From contig OZ231126.1 of NCBI GenBank assembly GCA_965153355.1, positions 4,340,001 through 4,404,000 of the forward strand: a stretch of DNA of 64,000 bases, given 5' to 3'. Origin of the DNA: Flaccisagitta enflata. Lineage: Eukaryota. The notes beneath the pieces are model-generated. The model was not told the origin of the DNA. It made no database searches and was given only the letters and a program-made list of their open reading frames with translations. Positions 1 to 54,650 of this stretch are shown in pieces. The translations under genes were made by a program, and so were the position numbers. The stretch's first letter is position 1, and each line of letters opens with the position of its first letter.

Positions 1-1188
1 TATCTCATGAATTTTTTTTCCGCATGATAACATTTTTTATCATCTTTAAAACATATATTTTTCTTTTTATCCTGGTTTACCAATTTTTATTGGAAGTCTC
101 GGCCAGAGGTCTAATACCAAAAGAGAATAAATCCCGCCTCAAAGCCTTTTTGTTAAGAGTTTGCAATGTCAGGAACGGTGATATGAAGAAACTAATTTCT
201 TTCTGTTCAAAGGCGTCACTTCTTGCATCGTTTAGTATCTTTTCTGCTCGAAATGAGCCATCCTGGTCATCGCCACAGCCGTTACTTGTTCAGAGATAAC
301 TCCTTATCTCAACTTATGTTTTTTTTTCTTATTTATTCTCGTTGCATTATAGTTACAATGACATGTACTAGACCAAAATACTTTAATGTTATACTGGAAT
401 CTAGTAATCTTTGAGTCGTTGATGCAACTAGCTACATTGTATTGTCCAATGTACCATTGTGTTTCTTATGAAATTACAATCTTCATTCATTTTTCATTAC
501 ATAAACTTTCTGTTTTTTTTTTTATTTTTTTAAAAATTTAAACCCTCAAGTGATATCTTAACTGTTTCCTTTCTCTGTATCAATACCTGCACCCCTCCCC
601 TACAATGATTTGGCTACATGTTATTCACCCACTTTTTTTAACTGTTGTGAATCATACACATGGTGAGTCGGACACAGTATTGAGTCGGACACAGATTGGG
701 ACCTGACACCCCTGCCCATTAGAGATCATCGACACTAGCTAAAAACCATTTGGTTATCTCAAGTCTCATTTTCCTCAAATGTCGTCTCATAAGTTTTGAC
801 ATCGTCTCTGCTAAATGTCGTTGCCGTCATGCCATTTCCGTTTCATTTCTGCAATATACAGTAGACTGTATGACTTGCTTTTTAAAAATTGGTTCCGTCT
901 CAGTCTGTCTCAGTCTCAGTTCCTGAAGTATGCCTTGTGTATTAAAAAAGAATGTATAAATGAATGAATGAACAAATGAATGAATGAATGAATGAATGAA
1001 TGAATGAATGAATGACTGAATGAATGAATGACTGAATGACTGAATGAATGACTGAATGAATAAATGAGTGAATGAATGAACAAATGAATGAATGAATAAA
1101 TGAATGAATGAATGAATGTTATGTTTGCAACCTTTTTCCTTTGTGTTTACAAAAAAATGTTTGTAAGAACTGGTGAAGAGAAGGAGAG

Positions 1189-1227
<39 letters not shown>

Positions 1228-1259
1228 GTCTGTCTCTGTCTCTGTCTCTGTCACTGTCA

Positions 1260-1296
<37 letters not shown>

Positions 1297-1297
<1 letters not shown>

Positions 1298-1895
1298 AGG
1301 GTCATCCACCCGAGTGGTCGGATTCTGTTAAGCTTTTACTCTCAGATACCAAGAGACATGGATTTGAAATTGATCATGTCTTAAAGAGTATAGATTGACA
1401 TTTTTTGTGTAGAAATTTCAGCCATTTTGGTCAATTAGTTTGTCTTTTACGTAAATTTGAAGTAACACAAGCATTTTACCATTTTACAGATTGTCTATCG
1501 AAAATTCAGAATTCTGCTTGCATTCATGTTTATTTTTTTCTACTATTCACGCCACAGAGAGGAAATTAATCTCAAATGGAAGATAAACTGACAAACATAT
1601 TGAAATACTTTAATATCATCACTCGTTCAAGCCTGTTTTGGATTGATTACTAAAAAATTCAAAAACTAATTAGGGTGTTAGTTTGCACAATTCCTAGAAA
1701 ATCTGCTCAGTCTTGAAATAAAGCTTTACATCAAAATCCATGTTAGAGACAAACTACTTGACCAAAATGGCTGAAATTCTTATACAAAAAACTTCAGTCT
1801 ATGCTCTTTAAGACTTGATCGATTTCAATTCCATATCTTTTGGCATCAGAGAGTAAAAGCTTAACAGAATCCGACAACTCAGGTGGATGACCCTG
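1297..1895. mobile_element. MITE, Tc1/mariner-like, ~140-bp TIRs
   Basis: cagggtcatccacc..gtcggattctgttaagcttttactctc and its reverse complement ending ggatgaccctg-TA. Confidence 0.8.
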
Positions 1896-2308
1896 TATGA
1901 AAATGCTGTAAATTGAACCAATTCAAACTTTGATTTGATCCTGATTCAATGGTTCTCAAATCCCAATTGATCTGAAACCGAACAGAAATAAGTTTATCGG
2001 GCAACATAGGCACTCCGGCCTGTATCAATCTGTAAAAACAGAATGTAAAAACAGTCTGTAAAAACAGTCTTGTCCACGTCCATCAACCCTGAAAAGGAAC
2101 CAAGTTACGGTACACCCTTAAGATTGAACCTGACTAAGTTCTTTAGAGTGAATTGGGGCAGTTTTGCACAAAATTGATTGAACCTTTTGGAAAATAAACT
2201 GTTACTCTTATGCGATTTTTGCAGTAACAGTAACTACGTCATCTACGTCATATTAGGCGTTTCATCCTGACTACGCTGGTCTTTGCAAATTGTCGGATTG
2301 TTGGAGAA

Positions 2309-2503
2309 AACAAGGCCGGATACACGGCTACCCCAGTCGCGTGCGGGTGGGCAGGGGCCATAATTGAGGTCACTCCATCATTTGGGCAGGAGCAGTGAGG
2401 CCAAAAACCGCAAAAACCCAAAAAAAGTAAAGTGTGACGGACGGACGGACCGACGGACGGACGGACAAAGCGGGGTGTAGAGTCGCGTAGCACGCGACTA
2501 AAA
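2309..2503 (-). mobile_element. HINE/DINE-1-like family A (other copies ~6831-7031, 7150-7350, 7387-7540, 9985-10075, 11100-11190, 18290-18820, 22313-22487, 51020-51100)
   Basis: In element orientation: tttttagtcgcgtg(cta)cgcgactcta hairpin, (GTCC/GTCG)n microsatellite, 3' cacgcgac sub-terminal repeat, gccgtgtatccggc stem-loop, ttgtt end. Confidence 0.65.
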
Positions 2504-2787
2504 ATGAAAGAAATATTGGTTTCATTTACTGATTTATTGAAAAATGTGGTAGCCATTTTCCTTATTGAGGCGAGAAATACTATTTCAACATGTCCAACGA
2601 CTCAGAATAAAAGAAGTCATGTCAAGAGTAGCTTTAGTTTCGATTCATGCATAACACTTAAAATTGTGTAAAATCAATTGAATAGAATCAATGTCATGAA
2701 AATAACTAGCATTGGAATTTAGAAAATTTGAGATTTGAAAGAAAATGGAGAAATGGAAGATAAATAGAGAGAGCTCTAGGGAGAAAG

Positions 2788-3029
2788 CAGGGGTGTATAA
2801 AATTGAGTTGCTTCTGATTCCCCCCCCCCCCGCCTTTGATTTTCTTCCCTTAAAGCAATGAAATTGTGGTTATGGTTTAAATAGTTTTAAATTGTTTTTT
2901 ACTAATCAGTTGTTATAATTTGGTCCTGCCAAAATTTTTATTTTCCCCAAATTTTCTTCTTTTCTCTTTTTCTCTTTGGTTTTCTTCCCCATCTCCAAAC
3001 CCTTTGAAACTCAATTATATACACGCCTG
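2788..3029. mobile_element. hAT-like MITE
   Basis: TIR caggggtgtata..aattgagtt; 8-bp TSD ggagaaag/ggagaaat. Confidence 0.7.
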
Positions 3030-4194
3030 GGAGAAATTTAATAAATGAAAAAAGAAACAGTATCAGCAGCAAAGTTCCAAAGGCTAAAATGAAAAAAGTT
3101 ATGAATCAATGAAGAGATTTGATGATGGATGATAATGAGTGAAAGAAAGTAAATAATTCAGTAAGAAGAAAAGACCATGATGTTAATACAATGATGTTTG
3201 GCAAATGGCGATTTACATATTCCCTACTCTTATTTCATAGGTATCATCAAGAAGTGACATTGTCAATTTATCAGTGTTTAACACAAATAGACAGAACCGG
3301 CAAGCAGAAAATTGACGCAACATATTTTGCAACCATGTTTTGATTGTGCCACACACAATTAAAATGCAGTGGTCGATGCCATCACCATCATCACTATAAT
3401 TCAGATGCCAAAACTGCGGATTAGATCTCAATTTCTTTACTTTACAACTGTGCTACACTGAGTGCTGTGAAGTGGCATCACTCTAGCCCGTTTGAGAACA
3501 TTCTTACATTTTAAAAACAATACTAGCACCCGAACCTTTCAACAAAGCTCACACAAAATAGGAATGATCGAATCAAGAAGAGTCTAAGAAAGTGAAGTTG
3601 AATAAGAAATATCAAGGCTTGTTTCACACAATCAGAACTCTCATGGGATGTCTCATAATGTGGAGACAACCTAACATATTCAAAATATTGTTTTGAATAC
3701 TTATGCATAGCATTCCTTTGGCAAAAATAAGTATTTCTAAAGTTAGAGAGGGTTTCTACCTATTTAAAGACTTCCCATAGGAGTTCACTTTGCGTTAACT
3801 AAATTGAATTCATTAATGATTTTTGTTGAAAGAAAGTGGAAACATCTTTAAGTTTAAAACCATCTTGGCCTGGATTGACAAATATCAAAAAACCATATCA
3901 ACAACAAAAAATATTCATTGCACGCATTTGACAAGAATATCATTTTCAGTAGCCATACATTTTATCAAAAAATGTAAATAATCAAGCCATTGCCAAGTTA
4001 GGCAGCAATACATATCAGTTCACATCAGAAATGAATTAAAGAATGGAACTCAGCTGTGTCAATTCAGTAAATAAAGAATGTATCACTAGTTTTGCAAGCC
4101 AATTCCAATTGACTTAGATGACAAAGCCCCTAGCATTTGGCCCATATTCCCTTTTAAAAAAGAAGCAACATTTTTCCATTGTATTCAAATGAGT

Positions 4195-16256
<12,062 letters not shown>

Positions 16257-16430
16257 GTCTTTGTCGGCGGTGATGTAATTGAAAGTTCAGAATAATGATG
16301 AACGTGAGGTTAGACAACAAAGAATTGGAAGTCGCGCGCGAAAGAAAAGAAAACTGAAGGAATTTTGTGTTGAAGAGCGTCAAAAGTTTGCGCCTTTTAT
16401 AAGGCTCTCTCTCTCTCACGCGAGCGCGCC

Positions 16431-16524
<94 letters not shown>

Positions 16525-17139
16525 CAATAGCGTTGGATGGTCAGCGGTACCCGTGCTCTGCCTAAGTAGGTTGTACTTAAAGTTGAAGGGGAAGCAGGGC
16601 AGCGGCCCCAAAGGGGTCGATGACCTATGCTTTCACACATATGGGGATTTTTCTCCTTCCTCTCCTTCTTCTCCCCCTCCTACTCTGTTTATCACTCCCC
16701 TCTCAAATCCCAGTCTCTAGGCCCAAATTCTAGTCGTGAGGCCCAAACCCCAGTCTCGAGAACCAAATCAGCCACGAGGCCCAAGTCCTAGCCTGGAGGC
16801 CCAAATCCTAGCCTGGATGCCCGGATCCCAGCCTTGAGGCCCAAATGTCAGCCTCAAGGATGGCATCTGGGCCTCTTGGCTGGGATTTGGACCTTGAGGC
16901 TGAGATTTGGGCCTCAAGGCTGGGATCTGGGCCTCCAGGTTAGGATATGGGCCTTGAGGCTTTGATTTAGGCCTCTCCGGGGCCACTGCCCAAAGAGGGA
17001 AGGAAAAGATAGAAAAGAAAGAAAATATTGAGCGGGGGAGATGGAAAGGGTGAGGGTGGAGGAGGAGGAGGAGGAGGAGGGGTACGAGGAGGAAATAGCG
17101 CGGCATGAATAACGCCAAAGAGCGCGGCTTGTAACAAGG

Positions 17140-17320
<181 letters not shown>

Positions 17321-20141
17321 TAGAGAAACAGAGAGTCAGAGACCAGATTTCAACTAGAAAAAAGAGGCTGATTGCCGAAGCATTTTAGGGGGTAAGTAAG
17401 AAGAAGATGGCGATCGTCATTACTTAACAACGGTAACAACGTGTGGTAATGACATGGCCATCTAGCATTTTTGGGGTAAGAAAAAAGAAGATGGCGATCT
17501 TCATCACCAAGCCCACACGACGCGGAAATCAAGGCCATCTAGCGACATCTAGCGTGTCTTAACTCTCAAGGAAAAAACATGGTCAATCGAGAGCAACGCC
17601 GTTGCCTATGATGGTGTTGCTGACATTGACGATGACAAAAAGAAAGAAAGACATTGTTGTCACAAAGTTATCACATTGTTGTCAGTGTTGACACTGACAC
17701 ACAACCATGGCCCTGCTGACTCAAGGAATGACAGTACTGACACTGGTGATAGCATTGCTGACACTGGTAATGACAAAGACAGACACAACGAAAGCAATGT
17801 TTTCACTGAAGATGACAAAGGCAGTGGGAACAAAAAATGAAATAAAGACAGAATAGAAAGAGAAAAAAAAAACTGCCTGTTGCGACGAAAAAAAGGAAAG
17901 AAAAATGTTAAAAAAAGAACAAGTGATGTTCCATTTTTCTAGAATTTTGACGCATGAAGTGAAAGAGTTCAATTATTCAACGCACCTGAGAACTCGAAGA
18001 GAGTCTGAGAGCCTGAGAGCCTGAGAGCCTGAGAGCTGTCGAGTCCCTCGGTGACAGTTTTTTTATTCTCTCTCATGTCTTAAACCATATATTTTCTTTT
18101 GGTTCTGTGGGAGTGTTCACGCGAGCCAAAATCGTGGTACAATGAACATTGAAGCTGAATTGTGTGCACTCGTCTTAAGTCCTAACCAAAGATAAGTAAG
18201 TTTGTTTACTGTTGCGTTGATTGGCTTGTTGCTCGGTCCTTGCACGCGACCAGGCCAGCCAAGTGTGACGAGTATGCAGCGTAGATTTTTAGTCGCGGAC
18301 ACGCGACTCTACAACCTGCTTTGTCCGTCCATCGGTCGGTTGGTCAATCAGTCGGTCGGTTGGTCACGTTTTAATTCTTTTATGATTCCCTTAGCTAGGC
18401 CAGTATATCATCTGTATCTCCCCACCCCCATCTCCCCAGTAGGCTCTTAGAGCAGATTCACGGGTGCTTAGCCTCATCCTCTTCCAATCTCTGAGATCGC
18501 AGGTATAAAAGCAGGAGCGTGTCTCTGTACAGACTCTTCACTCTCCACCACCACTCCACACATTGTCTATTCTGTCTCATCATCGTCTCTGTGTTCTTCT
18601 TCTCCAATATATGCATATATCTACCAACTCTTGATATCATTCTATACATTGGAGTCATAGGATCCACATTGCTAGAGGCACATAGACAGGGCAAGCCTAC
18701 CCCTTGCAGTGATTTTTTTTCTTTGACCTCACTGCTCCTGCCCAAATTGTCTAGTGACCTCAAATATGGCCCCTGCTCACCCGCACGCGACAGGGTTAGC
18801 CGTGTATCCGGCCTTGTTTTCTTTTTCTTGACAAATCGTGCAACACTTCTCATGTGAATAAATGCCATTTATACATAGTACTTGACCGAGAGCCTAGTCT
18901 GACAACCAGAGCTCAGCGCACTCTCTGACTTAGAATTAGATCTTATTTACGTACACTTTTTATTTTTTATAAGAACCTAGTCTATAAGAACATCAAGGCT
19001 TGAAATTGCTCTAAAACTAAGAACATTGTAGTTATTTTATTAGTAGCTATCTCTATCTCTTTCGAAGGCTTCAGCCAAAAAATGACGTTCTTACAAAAAA
19101 TAAAAAGTGTAGTTCTTTTCGGCTGCCAATGAAAGCCGGAGACCACGGCGTAAATTGCAGTGCACGCTGTTGCCTAAGCTGACATCTGATGAATATGGGT
19201 TCCTGGAAATTTTGACAACTGGAGCTTATCTCATGCGTGATGACGTATGAATCAGGCGCGCAGCCGGGGTTTTCTTTTGTCAAGATTGTGGAATTGCAAA
19301 ATTGACATTTCGATTTCTCATTCACAAAATTCGTCAAAAAGTAATTCTTCGATTTGAGTTGACAAATGCATCCAAGCATGATGTACTATATTGGAAAAAA
19401 AAGTTTGGCAAGCAGGAATAATGCTAGTATTTAATCGACAAGAAAAGAATCAATGAAATTGAGAAAACTTGAGAGATTCCTTTTTTTTTTGGCGCATTTT
19501 AAATTATCATCTGCATATATGCGTGGGAGCGCTTTCAATAGGCAGTTGATGGCCCTAAAATACGGTAAAGATCGCCGTCAAACATATTTCTGAGGTTGAG
19601 ATGTTTCCATTCATGATGTAGTGACTGAAATGACTGTTGCAGCCACTTGGAATATTATGAATCATGTTGCCACGACATAGCATTGTCATGACCCATAATA
19701 GAAAATGGAATGTTATGTTGGATGTTTGAAACTGAGGAAAGGCATTACAAATGGTCAACAGATGCAAGACGTTATGACAGATGGAGTGATGTTGGATGTT
19801 TGCACATATTTAAAGGCATAACAGATGCTTAGCAGATGTTGAATGTCACGACAGATGTAGAATATCATGACAGATGGAGCCAGTATGAATGTTTGAAGAG
19901 GTAGAATTAGAAAGGCACAATAGGTGGTAAGCAGATGCAGAACATCACGACAGACAGTCCCGTTGGACGTTTTCACCATTAAAAAGGTATAAAAGATGGT
20001 TAGCAGATGTTGAATGACACGACAGATGTGGAATGTCATGACAAACGGAGTCATGTTGTATGTTTGAACAGGTAGAATTAGAAAGGCACAATAGGTGGTG
20101 AACAGATGCAGAACATCATGACTGATAGTCATGTTGGACGT

Positions 20142-20497
20142 TGGGGGGTCGGTAACAACGAACTTTGGAAATTCCAGTCAGACATATGGCCAAAGTGTGC
20201 ACAAAAACAATATATAAACACATGTGAAAGGAAAAAGGGGTAACACCATATCATTTATAGTCGTGCTACAGTGTAGCACGACTGCTACACCCCTTATTTA
20301 CATTATTATGAATAGGGAGAAGGAAGAGGAAGAGGAAGCTCCTATACTTTACTATGGGAAAGGTAGGGTTGGCACGACTGTAAATGATAAAGTCCCATGA
20401 ACTTTTCCTTTTAGTTATTAGGTTGATTTGCGATTGCGCATGGTCTGTTGATATGTCCGATTGGCATTGCCAAAGTTGGTTGATACCGACCCCTCCA
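20142..20497. mobile_element. TIR element inserted into an ~80-bp minisatellite (19690-20600)
   Basis: TIR tggggggtcggta.caac.aactttgg; 8-bp TSD TTGGACGT. Confidence 0.8.
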
Positions 20498-21094
20498 TTG
20501 GACGTTTAGACAGGTAGAAAGGCATAATAGATGGTTAGCTGATGCAGAATGTCATGTCATGCGGAATGTCATCGACGACAAACGTCACATGACGAATTCC
20601 ATCAGAAACAGAGATGCCAAAATTGAGTTGTCTCCATCGAAATGATCAACGAGTGACATGACATGACATGACATGACGAATACATCACGCAAAGAAACAA
20701 GGCCAAGTAGGCCAATGGGTGCGACGGTGTGGATCGTCGAACGAATGCGTTACCAACCGACCGATCAACCGACCAACCAACCAACCAACGGACACGGCCA
20801 GTTATAGAGGTGCTTTGTCGCGCCGAAAAAAACCTCGATGATCTCACTGACAAGCGTGGACCAACTGCTGCGCTGCTCAATCTTTCTATGAAAGTTTGAC
20901 ATCATATAATTCTATTTTGGACAATACATAATTCTAAGTTCAACCCGCTCTTGTCCCTTCGGCTTCATCTCCATGCCGCCATCCGGCCCACAGATACACA
21001 GCACAATCTCTCGCCCCCCCCTCCCAACACACACGCACACACACACACACAGAGTACACACACAGACACACACACAGACACACACACAGACACA

Positions 21095-21217
<123 letters not shown>

Positions 21218-21639
21218 TGGAAAAATACATGCGAAAATTTTGAGGTCATGTCCGTCGGTTGGTTGATCGGTAGGTCGGTTACGCTAACGTTTGAAATGAG
21301 GAAAACGGCTGATTCTGACGTATTTCTTAGTTCCTATCACCTTGCATGCGTGACTAAATTCATTGTCATTCATTCATTCATTGTCATTCATTCGTTCATT
21401 CATTTATTCATTCATTCATTCATTCATTCATTCATTCATTTATTCATTCATTAATCAAGCGAGGCGCACTATTGCCTTTTGCCTTGTTTTTTTTTTCAAA
21501 TTGAAGTTGCTCAACTAGTTCGTCTAGTAATGGTCTCGCCGTCCGTTGGTCTGCGGCTGTTAGTTGTCGACGTAATTTCCACGTCCTCCTCAACGCGTCC
21601 CTTTCCTTCAAGACGGAGAGCGGACGGAATTATACATTC

Positions 21640-21711
21640 AGTTGAAATCCCGAGGGGCGGGGCCAGGGTTCGAAGCGGGACAGGGCTTAGAGGAAAGAAA
21701 TGGAAAGAATT

Positions 21712-21754
<43 letters not shown>

Positions 21755-21840
21755 CTCTCTCTCTGACTACCGGCTGTCGGCTTTCACGCATCCACCGTAA
21801 CTGTTGTCTGTCGCTTAGCAACCATGGAAACAGCTCATTC
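21640..21840. promoter_or_regulatory. Candidate promoter between divergent Tk (-) and COX7C (+): GC box 21654-21663, RFX X-box-like sites 21803-21831
   Basis: ggggcggggc; gtcgcttagcaac overlapping ccatggaaac; CpG-rich, largely TE-free patch. Confidence 0.35.
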
Positions 21841-22697
21841 AGTGAAAAGTGGTCAAAAATTTACGGTTGCTCAAAAAAAGAGTTATTTTTCGCTTTTATT
21901 TGCGTTTTTTTGACGCCGTCGCGCGCAGCTGTAATCGCGCACCCGTTGTTTTTATTCTCAGCGTAGCGTACATAAGATTGGAAGAATATTGTTACCGTCC
22001 TTCGGAACTAGAACTGCAGTTCCGAGAGGGGGGCAGTGAATTTTGTAATTTGCTATTTCACTTCAGTTCCCTTGGCTCGTTTAGAAATATTGGAGTTCCT
22101 TAAAATTGGAATTATTTAGATTGAGAGGAACAAGTCTAAGAACGACAAGGGTGATAATCGTGTTCTGTTTCTGTCTTTTTCGCAAATTCTCTCTCTCTCT
22201 CTCTCTCCCTCTCTCCGATGTTTTTGTTCAGCGTTCCCTTATGAGGTTAATAACAGTTCATTTAAAAAGATCGGCTAACCAAAGAGAGGAATCTGTTAAG
22301 ATTTACATTTTTTTAGTCGCGTGCACGCGACTCAACAACCCGATTTGTCCGTCTGTCGGTCACGTTTTACTTTTTTTATGATTTTATTTTTTTGACCCCA
22401 CTGCTCCTGCCCAAATGGTCTGGTGACCTCAAATATGGCCCCTGCCCACCCGCACGTGACTTTGGTAGCCGTGTATCCGGCCTTGTTCACTAATCAGAGA
22501 GGGGATTGGAGGGGAACTATAACCGTTTGCCAACTACAGTTCCGGAACTGAGGGGGGATGACAACTATGCCTTGCCCATAAGATTTGCCCGAATCACTAC
22601 ATTGCGGCGTTTGATTTCGATGTTACAGAGAAATACGCACCGGCCAAAAACTTTCGAAACATTGATCAACAATCGACTCTCGGAACGCGAAAGTAAA

Positions 22698-23552
22698 ATG
22701 TCCGGGATGGTTCCAAGAACGCTCCGTCTTTTGGCCCGCAACGTCAACGGCAACAGTTTCAGCAACGTCGCCGTCAGAAGGAACCTTCACGTCGATACCG
22801 AGGGTAGGAACGAAAACCTACGTTCAAGCAGACGTTTGTAGTAATATGTACTAGTAGTTTGCCTTTTGGGCATTGGGGCACAGCGCAATCTGTAGTACAA
22901 AAAAGTGACATTAATGCCCTGGGCAAAAGCCCCAATGTCCCCGATAAAAAAAATTTGTTTGAATATGCTCGGTTTTATGCCCCGTTAAAAGTTAGTGAAA
23001 AAAATGATTCAGGGACAAAACGGGGACTTAACAGGGCATATGCCCCGTTTAGTTTAGTTTTGTTTATTAAAAAATGTTTCGTCAAAAATCAGTAAACCCT
23101 TTTTTTCAGTGGCTTTCTTCAGGTCGATTTCTATCGTGAAAATCGTCAGGGACTAAATGGGGACTTAACGGGGCATATGCCCCATTTAGTTTAGAAAATA
23201 AGTTAGTCTAATTGGGGGATTCCCCGGGGAATTCCCCCAGGATCAAACTCTGACATTTTTAGACTATGCCCGGTTCACTTATGAATAATTGTAACGGGGA
23301 AATTCCCAGGGAATTCCCCGGGGCATTAATGTCACTACAGATTGCGCTGTGTGGGGTAGGTAATTAAACATTATTAAACAACCTCATTTGCCGCAAAGAA
23401 TACCTTTCTCGATTGCAGGCAAGCCCGGGGCCTTCCTGCCGTTCAACATCCACCAGCACTGGTTCAGTTCTCTGGTCAAGTGGACCCTCTACATCGGTTC
23501 TGCATACGGGCTTCCTTTCGTTCTCGTAAGACGACTGTCCGAGACGCTTTGA
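22698..23552 (+). CDS. COX7C: Cytochrome c oxidase subunit 7C, 2 exons (22698-22803, 23419-23552), 79 aa
   Basis: MSGMVPRTLRLLARNVNGNSFSNVAVRRNLHVDTE|GKPGAFLPFNIHQHWFSSLVKWTLYIGSAYGLPFVLVRRLSETL*. Arg-rich mitochondrial presequence followed by a PG-x-x-LPF...LYxGSAx-xPFxxVR pattern matching recalled COX7C; phase-1 GT-AG intron. Confidence 0.85.
22879..23351. mobile_element. MITE in the COX7C intron
   Basis: TIR cacagcgcaatctgtagt; flanking direct repeat TGGGG. Confidence 0.8.
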
Positions 23553-23690
23553 ACGAATTTGTTATTTTGGATGAATAATTTGATTTGTGTCATGGACTTG
23601 AAGATTAATTGAACTAACAAATCAAAGTTTCAATTTAAATCAGTTCAAGGTCGCGGCTCTATAACTGCTGTTTTGCTTATCATGTACTAC

Positions 23691-24602
23691 TCGGGTGTGA
23701 CAAAAAATTAAAAGTATCTCTGATCAGATCATCAACATCAGGGAGCGTAAACAAAAAAATTTTAAAATTTTTTGGGTTTTTATTTTTCGAATTTGTCATT
23801 TTCCGTTTTTTAGCGTAGGAAAAGATTGTCAAAAATATATATATTTTCAGAGTTTCCACTTAGTTTTGTTAAAAATGAGACTCTAAACTTCAACAAAGAA
23901 TGAAGAGACGAGAAAATGTGAGAAAACCCACAAAAAAGACACAAAATGATAGGGAGCAAACGCATCAGTATAATGGAGAGATAGTCAGCAGAGAATGCAC
24001 AGAAAGATAGGCAGTATATAAAACACGCAGATTACAAAACCAACGAGATGTGTATAGTGTCCAAGTGTCTCTAAATACATCATGTGAGATACAAAGAAAA
24101 AAAATAAGAATTATTAGTAGAAAGTTGTATCTCCTCTGAGACCCAAAACAGACTGACAGACAGCCATCCCTTCCTCCCAAACGCAGACAGAATGGACCAG
24201 CAGCTGTCGCTTAACTGTCATGAAAATCCGCAGCGGCCCCGTACGTATAATTATACGAGAAAAAAAGCATCGCGATAGTCGCACAGTTTCTAAAAGAAAA
24301 TCATGTTTTATTTCTTTTTTTAAAAGTTTTGTGGTAAAAAAAACAACTTTTACTTATTCCCAACTAGAAATCGAACCAAGATACTTAAATGGCTACTTTA
24401 TTATATTTATGAGCAATAATTCTGATAAAAAAACAATAACACAGCAATATACAAATTAGCTGCAAAACCCGGGTTTTGGAAAAGATAGAAGATAAATGAA
24501 ATTTGAAAAAATAAAAACGCTAAGTTTTAAAATTCCTTTGTTTATGCACCCTGATGTTGATGATCTGATCAAAGATACCTTTTTAGTTTTTGACACACCC
24601 GA
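23691..24602. mobile_element. Non-autonomous TIR element with 9-bp TSD (Mutator-like)
   Basis: TIR tcgggtgtg.caaaaa..gatcagatcatcaacatcaggg; TSD ATGTACTAC. Confidence 0.8.
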
Positions 24603-25821
24603 ATGTACTACTTACATTTTGTAAGTTTTAGTGGTAATCATGGAGCTGTTGTTGTTGGGAATTGGGAGACGTTTTTCCCTCTTTTTTCCCCCGTTCCTTT
24701 TCAAACGCAAACATGCGCATGCTTACTCTAACATTAAATGCTCAAATGCAAACGTACACACGCACGCACGCACGCACGTACACATACACACGCCTGCATA
24801 GGTAAGACATCAACTCGTGAAGAAGTCCAGTTCATGATGATGAGATCCTGGCCGCGAAAACAGAAGAAATTGCAAGCGATGGACATCGAAGAGATTTACG
24901 GGCCAATTCGTGACGATGGGAAGAAGGAAGGGGGGGGGGGAGGGAGGAATGCGGCACTGAGAAACATTTAATATCATTTCATTGAGAAGTCGTTTAAGTG
25001 GGGATTGCCGGTTGGACTTTGTCGAGAGTTTGCACGAAATGAATGAATTTTCCTAGCAATTGTAGTTGTTGGCATGTTGGAAAAGAAATTAATGATCGCT
25101 GATTACGCTACAGTTAAGCGTATGCGGCGCGGAGGAGTCTAGTTTCTCGAAAATTCGCTTTTTTTCGTTATGTGTGCGCTTAAAATCTTGATTTTTTAAA
25201 TCTGTGTAACTTTTTTTTTCTTTTGAAAACAAACTTTTCTTCGCTTTTCTTAGATGATGCTTTCTTTCGCCTTTTACTCTTTGTTATTTGTGTGAACTAA
25301 ACAGTACAACTACTGTTATGACTAACCACCTAGAAAACTGCTGCCTCAATTTCATTTCGGGAGGCCGAATGGGGGGGGGGGGGCGAGGGGTGGACGGTAA
25401 TTGATTTAGACTCAGGTCTACGACAGTTGTCACGATGTCTTCAAATGGGATATTTCTCTCTTCTTGGGTCACCACATTCACTTGTAACATCAGCGTTGGC
25501 GTTTAGATGCGTAAAAATGCGTCAAATAAGGATTAGCGTTTGACGTGTGACAATCGATGTTAGTACAGTAATTGCGAAACTGGCGAATTCTTAAACAAAC
25601 ATTAGACACTAGTATCATGGCATCCACTCGCGTGAAAATGCCTTCTTAGTTGATCGATCGATCGATCGTCTTCTGACTTGTGGTACGTGTTAAGTCCGAT
25701 TATGATTTTGTCGTACAACACGGAAGTCGCTTCTGTTCTCTCGTGAGACTTGGGGACAATTGACTGTATCGCACAGGACGGAAGCCGCTTCTTTCCTCTC
25801 TTGTCATGACACTTGGTAACG

Positions 25822-53448
<27,627 letters not shown>

Positions 53449-54263
53449 AAATTGGTGATGAAAGCGCCGGGTTAGATGAGCGAAATGACGATGATTAGTC
53501 GAATGAGCGAAATGACGATCACGAGTCAAATGAGCAGAATGACGATGAAAAGTCAAATGAGCGAAATGACGGTGGTGATGATTCCGAAGGCCAGGGTTTT
53601 CCTGAGACATTGCGTTCAGGGAGATATGTGAAAAAAACGGACATAGCCTGTACACTTTTTTTTTCATAAGAACGTCATTTTTTTTCTCGAAGGCTTCATG
53701 TTCTTATTTTTGAGGCTAAATAAAGCCTTCAATGTTCTTAGAGTGTTCTTAATTTAGAATACTGTATAAATTATAAGAAACCTTATAATATACTATTACT
53801 CAATCATACTAAATATATTTTGTCAAATACTGTTGAAACTAATGCTAAACATAAAAGTCTTAGGATATTATCATAGTATTTACATAAGAAATTATAAGAT
53901 TTCATCTTAATTATACCTAAATTCAAGTGGTTTTTTAATGTTCTTTAATTATAACTTATAGCGAAATTTTTTTCTCAAGATTTGAAGCGTTTGTATGTTC
54001 TTTAGATGTTCTTAATTTTGGGGCTATTTGAAGCCTTGATGTTCTTATAAACTAGGTTCTTAAAAAAAAAAGTGTATTAGCAATTAGAAAAGTCTCGGGC
54101 AAAGCGGGAAAAAAGTTTTTTTTTTCGGGCTGTTACACAAATCTGCAGCTGTAAACTGTGATTGTGTGAAAAAGTTTGTTTTAATCAATTTGTCGAATTT
54201 GTTTGTTTGAGATTGTTCTCTTTCAAGTTTCAACCCATTTTGAGTTTTGCGTGATATTAATTA

Positions 54264-54650
54264 CAGACGGGCCACTAATTTAGCGTGTGGCGGCACATGA
54301 AGTTTTAGCCCTACCCCTGCAGCTCAAACCCATTAACCAATTTTTTTACTTGGAAGTGCTCTGGATACCTTGGGGCAATACAAATGGCGCCACCGTGGCG
54401 ATTTTTGAGTTTCCACTTTTAAGACCCCCAATTTTGCGATTTTTTGCCAACGGGGGTGGGTCAGGGGTGGGAAAAAAGTGGTCATTTGGAGGGGTTGAAA
54501 GTGGAAACTCAAAAATCGCCACGGTGGCGCCATTTGTATTGTCCCAAGGTATCTTAAGTTGTTCCGAGTGAAAAAATTGGTTTATGGGTTTGAGCTTTAG
54601 GGGTAGGGCTAAAAAATGTGCCGCCACACGCTAAATTAGTGGTCCTTCTG
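54264..54650. mobile_element. Near-perfect palindromic MITE, TA TSD
   Basis: Long foldback caga..ccactaatttagcgtgtggcggcaca...; mirrored ORFs on both strands. Confidence 0.88.

Noticed and set aside
3200-4100. Coding-like composition on the minus strand (also 60-300)
   Set aside because: Multiple stops and no recognisable motif. It may be a decayed transposase or UTR, but it cannot be called.
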